Source: a virus
Strand: one strand, 5' to 3'
IMG/VR virus record: IMGVR_UViG_3300035698_015968
DNA: 31,242 bases
Made by a program: the position numbers and the translations under genes. Numbering within the stretch: the stretch's first letter is position 1; each line of letters opens with the position of its first letter. Shown here one piece after another: positions 23,849 through 31,242 of this stretch. The notes below the pieces were generated by a model. The model ran no database searches, was not told the origin of the DNA, and saw nothing but the letters and a program-made list of their open reading frames with translations.

Positions 23849-24847
23849 ATGAACGGAACTATCGTTAATCAAGGCAGGTTTACTGCTGATGGAACTAATC
23901 AAGTTGTTGCTATTAGATCTGATATAGATTGGATGTGGGTTTACAACGAGACTATTCTTAATGACGCTGCATTAGGAACTGACAGTGGAGCACAGTTTTA
24001 CTGGCAGCGTGGTATGACTGATGGGCGTGGTGTTGAGTATAGAAAACTTGGTACAGTAGTAAATGATCCTATGACAACGGTTCAAATAGCTGCTGATGCT
24101 GGATTCTTTTTGCGAGATACTTCAGGTAATCCGCTTGGAGCTGCTGTTGCAGAAACTGGAATAACTAATATAACTCTACCGGTAGTTTCTACGGGTAATA
24201 CGGGTTCATTAACAACCGGATCTGTTGTTCGTCTTCAAGCTGATACAGGTGTACCTAACATTTGTGGGTTTGATTTTGAAGTTGATACAGTTGTAGCTAA
24301 TAATTCATTCAAGATGCGTTATACATTAGCAACAGCTCCAGGAGCTGTTGGTGCGGGTGATGGTACATATCGTCACGTAGCCTTTGATCCTATGTATTAT
24401 CCAACCAATCGATTTGTTGTGAACATTTCTCAAGCAGCTGCTGCGGTAGTTACGTGCTCTGTTACCCACCTATTTACGGTAGGTCAACAGGTAAGAATGT
24501 CTGTTCCTTCAGAGTTTGGAATGATTGAAATGGATGGTCTTCTTGGCACAATTACTGCAATAAGTACGGCGAATAATACTATTACTCTTAATATTGATTC
24601 GTCTGCATTTACTGCATTTGCTTTTCCTGGTGCTGCTGCAGTTCCATTCACCTGGTCTGTTGTTACTCCAGTTGGAGAAAGTACCGCTCAAGCTTTAGCG
24701 TCTGCTGTTAATATTCTTGGTGATGCTACGGTTAATAACGCAGCACTACAAATGATATTGACTGCTGGTGCCAATGGCCCTGCTGGTGTCAATACTAATG
24801 TAATTTACTGGGTAGCTGGTAAGTCTTTTAGTGTCGATAATCAATAG
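23849..24847 (+). CDS. Virion structural protein (332 aa), possible capsid decoration/head-fibre protein with two small beta-barrel repeats
   Basis: Strong SD AAGGAGG upstream. It lies next to the capsid gene and is followed by a strong terminator. Repeats GSVVRLQADTGVPNICGFDFEVDTVVANNSFKM and VGQQVRMSVPSEFGMIEMDGLLGTITAISTANNTITLNIDSSAF. Confidence 0.5.
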   Translation: MNGTIVNQGRFTADGTNQVVAIRSDIDWMWVYNETILNDAALGTDSGAQFYWQRGMTDGRGVEYRKLGTVVNDPMTTVQIAADAGFFLRDTSGNPLGAAVAETGITNITLPVVSTGNTGSLTTGSVVRLQADTGVPNICGFDFEVDTVVANNSFKMRYTLATAPGAVGAGDGTYRHVAFDPMYYPTNRFVVNISQAAAAVVTCSVTHLFTVGQQVRMSVPSEFGMIEMDGLLGTITAISTANNTITLNIDSSAFTAFAFPGAAAVPFTWSVVTPVGESTAQALASAVNILGDATVNNAALQMILTAGANGPAGVNTNVIYWVAGKSFSVDNQ

Positions 24848-24856
24848 GTAATTATT

Positions 24857-24906
24857 TGGGAGAGGAATTTCCTCTTTACGGACAGGAAATTCCTCTCCCA
24901 ACTTTT
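24857..24906 (+). terminator. Rho-independent terminator after the capsid gene pair
   Basis: Perfect 17-bp stem tgggagaggaatttcct / aggaaattcctctccca (24857-24873 and 24884-24900) followed by acTTTT. Confidence 0.7.
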
Positions 24907-24916
24907 AGGAGAAAAA

Positions 24917-25303
24917 ATGAGTCTTGAAAAAACAGAGAAAAAGAAAAAACCTAATTTAAAATATATGAGAGACAAAGACCGTGAGCCAGTACGTGGTAAG
25001 TTCATCTTTCATGAAGTAGCTGGTGGCACATTAAGTTTTGTTTTTAGACAATATAAAGAAGATCCCACTGAGCGATATGATTTACGGGATGGTGAAATTT
25101 ATACGTTACCTTTAGGTGTAGCAAAGCATCTTAATAAGAACTGTTGGTACCCAGTACATTCTTATCAGCAAGATGAAACAGGAAAACATACGCAAAAATT
25201 AGGTCAAAAAGTACGACGTTGCTCTTTCCAGAGTTTGGAGTTCGTTGATATTGATGATCTAAGGCCAGAAGGCGATCTTATTACCGTAGAAAATATAATC
25301 TAA
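24917..25303 (+). CDS. Hypothetical protein (128 aa)
   Basis: SD AGGAG upstream. Structural-module position. Confidence 0.55.
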   Translation: MSLEKTEKKKKPNLKYMRDKDREPVRGKFIFHEVAGGTLSFVFRQYKEDPTERYDLRDGEIYTLPLGVAKHLNKNCWYPVHSYQQDETGKHTQKLGQKVRRCSFQSLEFVDIDDLRPEGDLITVENII

Positions 25304-25389
25304 AAAGGTATAGCTACTCTAGCGTTAGCTTAGCCTTATCCAACTAATGCTTAGGGTAGCTTGTTTATGAGTGCTAAAGGAGATGTTTT

Positions 25390-26352
25390 ATGGCCAATTC
25401 AACACTAAATGCTATACGAATAAAGATAAGAAGATTAACGCGTAGCCCATCTTCTTCTCAAATATCTGATACCACTATAGATGAGTACGTGAATACCTTT
25501 ATTCAATATGATTTTCCTGAGCATCTTAGGCTTTTTAATTTGAGGCAAACGTTAACGTGGTATACGCAGCCTAACATAGATGAATATAATTCTTCTTCGG
25601 TAAGTGCTGGTCTTTCTGGATTTATTCAATCTAATCTTACTGTACACCCTCCTGTTTTTATTGCCGGACAAGAGGTTGTTTATAGTCAATCTCGATCTCA
25701 ATTTGCTGCAATGTTCCCTTTAACAAATACTATTTTGAGTATTGGAACAACTGGTGATGGGATAACGACGGCCTTTGCTGGTACATTGTCTTCGATTCCT
25801 GTATTGAGAAACAATGTTAATTTTGTTAGTAAAGATGCTGCAGGAAATGGATTAAGGTTAAGTGATGACGGTTCTGGAGTTTTATCAGGTGATGGTACTG
25901 GTACTATTAATTATCTTAATGGTGCGTTCACTTTAGCATATTCAGCTGCTCCAGGAGCATCAGAAGTTATATATAGCGAGACGATACCTTACGCTGCAGG
26001 AAAACCAACTGCTGTTCTATTTTTTAATGATACATTTACCATACGTCCAGTTCCTGACAAGGTTTATCCCGTAAATATCGAAGTGAATGTGCGCCCATCA
26101 GAACTTCTTGCTGCAGGGCAGAGTCCACAGCTAGAAGAGTGGTGGCAATATATAGCATTTTCTAGTGCAAAAAAGATACTTGAAGATCGAATGGATATGG
26201 AAAGCATTCAAATGATAATGCCTTCTTTGAAAGAGCAAGAGCGTCTTATTTTGCGGCGAACGTTACAACAATTGTCAAATCAACGTGTGGCTACTATATA
26301 TTCAGAAAATGGTAATGGATCAGGATGGTCACCAGGAAGTAGTAATTTTTAA
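25390..26352 (+). CDS. Putative head-tail adaptor / tail tubular protein A-like protein
   Basis: SD AAGGAG upstream. It lies upstream of the nozzle-like gene. The C-terminal EEWWQYIAFSSAKKILEDRMD... is reminiscent of the T7 gp11 C-terminal helix region. The assignment is weak. Confidence 0.35.
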   Translation: MANSTLNAIRIKIRRLTRSPSSSQISDTTIDEYVNTFIQYDFPEHLRLFNLRQTLTWYTQPNIDEYNSSSVSAGLSGFIQSNLTVHPPVFIAGQEVVYSQSRSQFAAMFPLTNTILSIGTTGDGITTAFAGTLSSIPVLRNNVNFVSKDAAGNGLRLSDDGSGVLSGDGTGTINYLNGAFTLAYSAAPGASEVIYSETIPYAAGKPTAVLFFNDTFTIRPVPDKVYPVNIEVNVRPSELLAAGQSPQLEEWWQYIAFSSAKKILEDRMDMESIQMIMPSLKEQERLILRRTLQQLSNQRVATIYSENGNGSGWSPGSSNF

Positions 26353-26355
26353 AAG

Positions 26356-26388
26356 GGTGGTCGGGCCGAGTCGGGCCGAGTGGTCGGA
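26356..26388. repeat. GC-rich island: tandem 10-mer tcgggccgag x2 (26361-26380) flanked by gtggtcgg copies (26357-26364, 26380-26387)
   Basis: Read directly. It can fold as a short GC hairpin and lies immediately after the stop of 25390-26352. Confidence 0.8.
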
Positions 26389-26418
26389 CTTTAGTGTAAT
26401 TTTTAAAAAGGATAGAGC

Positions 26419-27039
26419 ATGGCATATCAAGAAAATATACCTCAGTCGAGTGATGCATTAAGCTCATCACAGCCAGACTTATTGGGAAACTTTCAGGCTT
26501 TAAAAGTGTTAATTGATATTAATCATGGAACATTTGGTTCATCCGACGAGGGAAAGCATAAGTTTGTTACTTTTCCAGTGCAATCAAGTGCTCCTGCATT
26601 TTTAGCAACAGAAAATGGACTGTATAATCTCGTTCCTACTGCATCTCCTCAAACAGCAATACAAGAACTTTTTATTCATAAGCAAAGTAATGCTGGTGTA
26701 AAAGAAATTCCATTTACTGCTTCTATATTGAGTACTTCTACACCAGCAGCACTTTCAAGTGGATGGACATATCTTCCTTCAGGTTTAATTCTTAAGTGGG
26801 GTGCTAATGTTAATGCCACTGGGCAAACAACTATTACTTTTCCTGCATCAGCTAATATTCCTGTGTTTTCTGTATGTTTAAATGTTCAAGCAACTATTGC
26901 TGATAGTGGCGTTGGTGATCAAGACTCATCGATACGGGTAACAGCTGTAGGGCCAACTACATTTAATGTATTTGGATCTCCAAGAACTACAACGGGAAAT
27001 AAGCTTGTTGTCTTTGGTTATATAGCTATAGGATACTAA
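26419..27039 (+). CDS. Tail fibre-like/receptor-binding-like protein (206 aa)
   Basis: SD AAGGA upstream. N-terminal NFQALKVLIDINHGTF....GKHKFVTF and C-terminal SGWTYLPSGLILKWG...TITFP..ANIPVFSV resemble the short-fibre 'gp53-like' C-terminal beta-sandwich pattern. Confidence 0.45.
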   Translation: MAYQENIPQSSDALSSSQPDLLGNFQALKVLIDINHGTFGSSDEGKHKFVTFPVQSSAPAFLATENGLYNLVPTASPQTAIQELFIHKQSNAGVKEIPFTASILSTSTPAALSSGWTYLPSGLILKWGANVNATGQTTITFPASANIPVFSVCLNVQATIADSGVGDQDSSIRVTAVGPTTFNVFGSPRTTTGNKLVVFGYIAIGY

Positions 27040-27040
27040 G

Positions 27041-29215
27041 ATGTCAAAAGATCGTTTTCTTATTGCTCCTCTAAATGCAGGCCAACAAACAAATCTAAAA
27101 CCATGGCTTCTCCCTAATAATGCATTTGAAGAGCTAACAAATGCGTATGTATATGAAGGAAGAGTGATAAAGAGATTCGGGTCTTTTCTTTTAAATACTA
27201 CTGTAGGTACTGACACCGCTCCTTTATATAGTAGGCTTGGTATTAAGCTTCCAATACAAACTCCAGGGCCAGCAAATGTTACTGATACAACAGCGGCATT
27301 GCCATTAAAAATAGGAAGCATGTTTGCCGTTGGCGATTACATGTTTACTGTTTTTCAGGTAGGAGCTGGAGTGCTAACTCTTTCTACCAATGGTGCAGCA
27401 ACTGGTACTATTAATACAACGGTTACACCTAATATAGTAACCTTTACAGGGCTCGCTCCTGCTACTGATATCTACTATTATCCTGGCCACCCTGTTATGG
27501 GTTTAATTACCTATGAGCGCGAATTAATAAATAGTGAACCTACCTATGCCTTTGATACGCAATATGCATATGAATTTACAGGAGGTCGTTGGGAGCGATT
27601 AGGAACTGCTGTATGGACAGGTGGAGACGCTGACTTTTTTTGGGGAGATACCTGGCGTGGTGCTAATGCGAATGCAGATATATTATTTGTTACAAACTTT
27701 GTAGCTGCTGATGGGATAAAGTATTGGGATAACAGTGTATGGGCAACTCTTAATCCGCTTTATAACGCTACACAAAAAGTTACTACAGCTCGTATCGTTC
27801 TTCCCTTTAAGGATAGACTTGTCCTGCTTAACGTAGTTGAAGAAGTGGGTGGCGTTGATAATACATTTCAGAATCGTTGTAGGTTTTCACAGAATGGTAG
27901 CCCTTTAGCTGTTGACTCATGGAGAGATGATATTGCAGGTAAAGGTGGTTTTGTTGATTGTCCAATACAAGAAGCAATTGTAAGTGCGCAATTTATACGT
28001 GATCGCTTAATTGTTTTCTTTGAGAGAAGCACATGGGAGCTGGTATATACAGGTAATCAAATACTGCCATTTATATGGCAACAAATAAATACTGAACTTG
28101 GCGTAGAGTCTACTTTTTCAGTTATTCCTTTTGACAAAGGACTTCTTGGGGTGGGAAATGTCGGAGTACACGTATGTACAGGCACCGAAGTTAGTCGTAT
28201 AGATCAGAAGATACCGCGTGTTATCTTTCAGATTCATAATGAAAATAATGGCTTAGAACGCGTATATGGAATACGTGACTATGATGATTATTTGGTGTAT
28301 TGGAGTTATCCTGACTCTGATACCAATAAAACGTTTCCAACTAAGATCCTTGTGTATAATTATGAAAGTAGTTCTTGGTCTATCAATAAAGATTCTATTA
28401 CCTGTTTTGGTTATTTTCAAAATGTAGCAGACATTCGATGGACAACCACTTCTGTTTCATGGGAAGAAACAGATCTTGTATGGAATGACGGGTCTTTGCA
28501 GTCGGGATATAGGCAAATTATTGGTGGGAACCAACAAGGCTTTACTTTTATAGTTAAAACAGGGATTAACCGAAACTCTCCATCGCTTCAGATTACAAAT
28601 TTAATTACGGCAAGTGGAATGTCTACCCTTACTGTAATAGACCATAATCTTGATATCGGTAATTATGTAATCATAGAGAGTGCTAATGGCTCTACGGGCA
28701 TAAATGATACCGTTTTCCAGGTATTCTCTACACCTAGTGATGATTCAATTGTTATTACAACACCTTCTGCTGGAGGAACATATACGGGTGGTGGAACATT
28801 AGCTCGTATAAGTAATATTGAAATACTCACTAAGCAATATAATTTTTATGATAAATCAGCGAGAAATGCATCTATTTCTAAGGTAGATTTTTTAGTCGAA
28901 AGAACAACTAATGGTCAAATTACTATTGATAGTTCTCCTTCTACTTCTAGTATTTCATTAGTAAACGATGGTATAGCATCGGGCGCACTCTTAGGAGATT
29001 CTATTTTAGATACAGCTCCGTATGCAATATATCCTTTAGAGGCTACTCAAGATAGGTTATGGCACTCGGTTCATTTGCAGTCAGAAGGTGAGGTAGTTCA
29101 GCTAAAATTATATATGTCTGATGCGCAGATGAAAAATACGGATATATCGTGGTCAGGCTTTGAATTAAATGCAATGTTGTTTTATGCATCACCTACTTCT
29201 TACGGATTTAGATAG
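27041..29215 (+). CDS. Tail tubular protein B / nozzle-like protein (724 aa)
   Basis: The N-terminus LIAPLNAGQQTNLKPWLLPNNAFEELTNAYVYEGRVIKRFG parallels T7 gp12 (NLKGGISQQPDILRYPDQ....N......GLQKRPP). It carries repeated ..DRL(V/I)....-type blades and is the largest ORF in the structural module. Confidence 0.5.
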   Translation: MSKDRFLIAPLNAGQQTNLKPWLLPNNAFEELTNAYVYEGRVIKRFGSFLLNTTVGTDTAPLYSRLGIKLPIQTPGPANVTDTTAALPLKIGSMFAVGDYMFTVFQVGAGVLTLSTNGAATGTINTTVTPNIVTFTGLAPATDIYYYPGHPVMGLITYERELINSEPTYAFDTQYAYEFTGGRWERLGTAVWTGGDADFFWGDTWRGANANADILFVTNFVAADGIKYWDNSVWATLNPLYNATQKVTTARIVLPFKDRLVLLNVVEEVGGVDNTFQNRCRFSQNGSPLAVDSWRDDIAGKGGFVDCPIQEAIVSAQFIRDRLIVFFERSTWELVYTGNQILPFIWQQINTELGVESTFSVIPFDKGLLGVGNVGVHVCTGTEVSRIDQKIPRVIFQIHNENNGLERVYGIRDYDDYLVYWSYPDSDTNKTFPTKILVYNYESSSWSINKDSITCFGYFQNVADIRWTTTSVSWEETDLVWNDGSLQSGYRQIIGGNQQGFTFIVKTGINRNSPSLQITNLITASGMSTLTVIDHNLDIGNYVIIESANGSTGINDTVFQVFSTPSDDSIVITTPSAGGTYTGGGTLARISNIEILTKQYNFYDKSARNASISKVDFLVERTTNGQITIDSSPSTSSISLVNDGIASGALLGDSILDTAPYAIYPLEATQDRLWHSVHLQSEGEVVQLKLYMSDAQMKNTDISWSGFELNAMLFYASPTSYGFR

Positions 29216-29310
29216 CCTATACGTACGCACAGGCTGTGGATTTTATTATAGGTATCTCTCGGTCGTTTTTGTTGTATAATATTAACTCTCTTTCTCCTTT
29301 TTCTTTTGAT

Positions 29311-29353
29311 TTTTCTGGCAATGCTCGACGCTAATACAAGCATTGCCAGAAAA
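29311..29353. terminator. Perfect 14-bp stem-loop between convergent genes (non-canonical: U-run lies 5' and A-run 3' in both directions)
   Basis: ttttctggcaatgc-(15 nt)-gcattgccagaaaa. Confidence 0.45.
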
Positions 29354-29357
29354 ATGG

Positions 29358-29867
29358 CTATTGCTTTAAATACTCAAGAATCACATAGGTAGTATCAAAG
29401 GCTGTTCTGTCTATTCCTGTTGTTATGATTACATTTGTTACATCAACACTTAGTTCTATATTATTTGCCGCTGTAGATGAAGCATAGGGTAGTGGTAGAT
29501 AGACAAGGCCTGTCGTATCACTTGTTGTTCCGTAGATTCTTGTAAAGGTAAATGTAGAATCTGGTGCAATTCCATGTGCTATTGAGGTAGTTCCTGTATT
29601 AGGAAGTGATCCAAAATTAATAACTTTTCTAAACACTTGTCGTTGTGTTGGAGTTTGGGGAGTTAATGAGGTTAATGATGGATTGCTAAAAAATACTTGC
29701 CCATTAATAAACTCAGTAAGCTCATACATTCCTGTATCTTTAGCATTTAATGCCAAGATTATACTATTAACATTTCTATAAAGATTTCTCGTTAGCTCTC
29801 GTTGAGATTCGTTGCCAAATAAGTATGTTGTTGGTAAAAAGAAGCCATAATCTGATTGATTTGCCAT
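29358..29867 (-). CDS. Structural/fibre-like hypothetical protein (169 aa) encoded antisense to the structural operon
   Basis: SD AAAGGTG upstream. Beta-rich sequence with the patterns FGSLPNTGTTSIAHGI..., LPLPY..., and IELSVD..VIITTG.DRT.....YVILEYLKQ. Confidence 0.55.
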   Translation of the reverse strand: MANQSDYGFFLPTTYLFGNESQRELTRNLYRNVNSIILALNAKDTGMYELTEFINGQVFFSNPSLTSLTPQTPTQRQVFRKVINFGSLPNTGTTSIAHGIAPDSTFTFTRIYGTTSDTTGLVYLPLPYASSTAANNIELSVDVTNVIITTGIDRTAFDTTYVILEYLKQ

Positions 29868-29954
29868 GCTAACACCTTTCGTTTTTTAAGTGGTATGATA
29901 TATCCTAATACTAGTAGTGAACTCTATTATCGAAATAAAAAGAAGGATAATGAC

Positions 29955-30695
29955 ATGGCAATGACAAAAAACAATATTTTAGCATATCTAAAGCAAGTAT
30001 TGACTCCTCAATATCTAAATAAGATATTAAATCCCATAGGAGCAGGCGTTATCCAAGCTGGTCAGAATATTCGTACTGGTAATACAGCTCCTGCTACAGA
30101 TATTCCATCAACCATAGGTGGAGCTATCTCAGGAACTGCTCAAGGAGCTGGTAATATTGCCCAGAATGTTGCACAAGGAGCTGGAAACATTGCACAACAA
30201 GCTTATCAGGGAGCTGGCAATCTTGCACAACAAGCTTATCAAGGAGCTGGCAATCTTTATCAAGGAGCTAAGGAATCACTGAGTGGTACTCCAGGACAAC
30301 AACTAACTTTTGATAGGTTTGATCCTGATCAGTCTGCTGCACTATATCAACTATTACAATCTGGCCTTCAAGGATTAGATTTTGGTGCGTTGGAAGGCCA
30401 AGCTCGTAAGGGTTTTTATGAAAATACTGTACCAACATTAGCTGAACGATTTACATCCCTTGGGCAAGGCTCGCAACAATCTAGTGGTTTTAGACAATCA
30501 TTAGGGAGAGAGGGTGTTAACCTTGAATCGCAACTTGCTGCTTTAAAATCTCAACGTGGACTTCAAATGCTTGGTCTAGGGCTTACACCTAAGGTTGACT
30601 CTATATATAGTCAACGGCAACCAGGTTTTGCAGAGCAATTATTATTAGGTCTTTCAGGTGGAGCAGGAATGAATCTAGCTTCGCGATTTATGTAA
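29955..30695 (+). CDS. Gln/Gly/Ala-rich repeat protein (246 aa), possible internal virion protein
   Basis: The start is moved to the ATG at 29955, which has SD AAGGA; the track start 29856 overlaps the divergent gene. It contains the QGAGN(I/L)AQ(N/Q)(V/A)(A/Y) repeats. Confidence 0.55.
   Translation: MAMTKNNILAYLKQVLTPQYLNKILNPIGAGVIQAGQNIRTGNTAPATDIPSTIGGAISGTAQGAGNIAQNVAQGAGNIAQQAYQGAGNLAQQAYQGAGNLYQGAKESLSGTPGQQLTFDRFDPDQSAALYQLLQSGLQGLDFGALEGQARKGFYENTVPTLAERFTSLGQGSQQSSGFRQSLGREGVNLESQLAALKSQRGLQMLGLGLTPKVDSIYSQRQPGFAEQLLLGLSGGAGMNLASRFM
30141..30269 (+). repeat. About 4 x 33-bp in-frame tandem repeat
   Basis: Three 33-bp units caaggagctgg(t/a/c)aa(t/c)(a/c)ttgc(c/a)ca(g/a)(a/c)a(t/a)g(t/c)t(g/t)(c/a)(a/t) at 30141, 30174 and 30207, plus a truncated 21-bp unit at 30240 and a 9-bp start of a further unit at 30261-30269. 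Confidence 0.85.
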
Positions 30696-30733
30696 TAGTT
30701 GGTCATAATACTATTTAGATACAAGGATATACT

Positions 30734-31242
30734 ATGGCTATACCAGTCATTCAAGAATCATCTTTCGGTGGAAATATTGGGTCTGCACTTGGCGGTGGAC
30801 TTGGTCAAGCATTACAATATTTGGCACAGGATCGTATTAGAGAAAAAATGGAGCAAAAACAAATAGGGAAACGAGGTCAAGCGCTTCAAGCACTTAAGCT
30901 TCTCAGTCCTCAATCATTTGGCAATCTTAATGAAGAACAAATGGGACAGTTTGCTCAACTTCCTGAACAATCTTTTAATATTGCTTTAAAGCAGTTGTTA
31001 CAACAGCCATTATTTAATGCAGGAGGAATATCTCCTGAAGATGCCCAAATGCAAAAATTAGCTGAGCAGAAAATTATAAATGATATTCTCTATCCCAATA
31101 ATTCTGTGCCACAAGAACCTGTTTCAATAGGAGCACCACAAGAAGCAGCTCCGTTTAATCAGCCGCAAGAGGCAGGCCCTATTGGTCAGCCGCAAGAGGC
31201 AGGTCCTATTGGTCAGCCGCAAGAGGCAGGTCCTATTGGTCA
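30734..31242 (+). CDS. 5' part of the junction-spanning ORF (continues at base 3)
   Basis: ATG at 30734 with SD AAGGA upstream. The frame is open to the window end and the N-terminus is MAIPVIQESSFGGNIGSALGGGLGQ... It is not in the track because it has no in-window stop. Confidence 0.6.
   Translation, partial: MAIPVIQESSFGGNIGSALGGGLGQALQYLAQDRIREKMEQKQIGKRGQALQALKLLSPQSFGNLNEEQMGQFAQLPEQSFNIALKQLLQQPLFNAGGISPEDAQMQKLAEQKIINDILYPNNSVPQEPVSIGAPQEAAPFNQPQEAGPIGQPQEAGPIGQPQEAGPIG

Larger units (their letters stand above)
1..31242. mobile_element. Complete temperate tailed-phage genome (self-closing contig, unit length 31118 bp), podovirus-like
   Basis: Integrase, ERF, replication HTH protein, RusA-like protein, TerS/TerL, portal, scaffold-like protein, N4-gp56-type capsid, nozzle-like protein and several fibre genes are all present. 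The window ends overlap by 124 bp. No ORF has tape-measure, sheath or tube character. Confidence 0.85.

Noticed and set aside
26926-27321. Antisense ORF across the 26419/27041 gene junction
   Set aside because: It overlaps two well-supported + strand genes, and has no SD and an implausible product.
1-31242. Alternative genetic code (stop-codon reassignment)
   Set aside because: TAA, TAG and TGA each terminate well-supported genes at sensible lengths (for example 1118 TAA, 4828 TAG, 3491 and 5177 TGA). All large ORFs are uninterrupted under the standard code.

Overview
The window is one complete, AT-rich genome of a temperate short-tailed (podovirus-like) dsDNA phage or prophage. The contig closes on itself: bases 1-124 are identical to 31119-31242, giving a 31118-bp unit, and a ~500-aa ORF (30734 -> 1118) runs across the junction. 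The modules I can support, in order: (i) a leftward RHH-regulator plus small-membrane-protein cassette (1115-1790); (ii) a large receptor-binding cluster (1875-9874) with five fibre-like genes, two of them tandem C1q/TNF-like paralogues, interrupted by a free-standing HNH endonuclease; (iii) a tyrosine integrase and a secreted-protein moron; (iv) an ERF recombinase; (v) an origin-like region of Shine-Dalgarno-containing iterons, a wHTH replication-type protein and a RusA-like protein; (vi) small and large terminase; (vii) a ~1.6-kb accessory insertion between terminase and portal, with back-to-back consensus promoters; (viii) portal, scaffold-like protein, N4-gp56-type major capsid, adaptor-like and nozzle-like proteins, and two repeat-containing putative internal proteins. 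I found no tRNA, rRNA, CRISPR array, reverse transcriptase, tape-measure or sheath gene, and no recognisable endolysin. All functional calls rest on motifs read by eye and on synteny; no database search was possible. The host cannot be determined from the sequence. The points most worth following up are the C1q-like fibre tips, the modular and duplicated fibre repertoire, the immI-like RHH cassette with an operator architecture shared with the ERF promoter, the accessory island splitting terL from portal, and the SD-like iterons.
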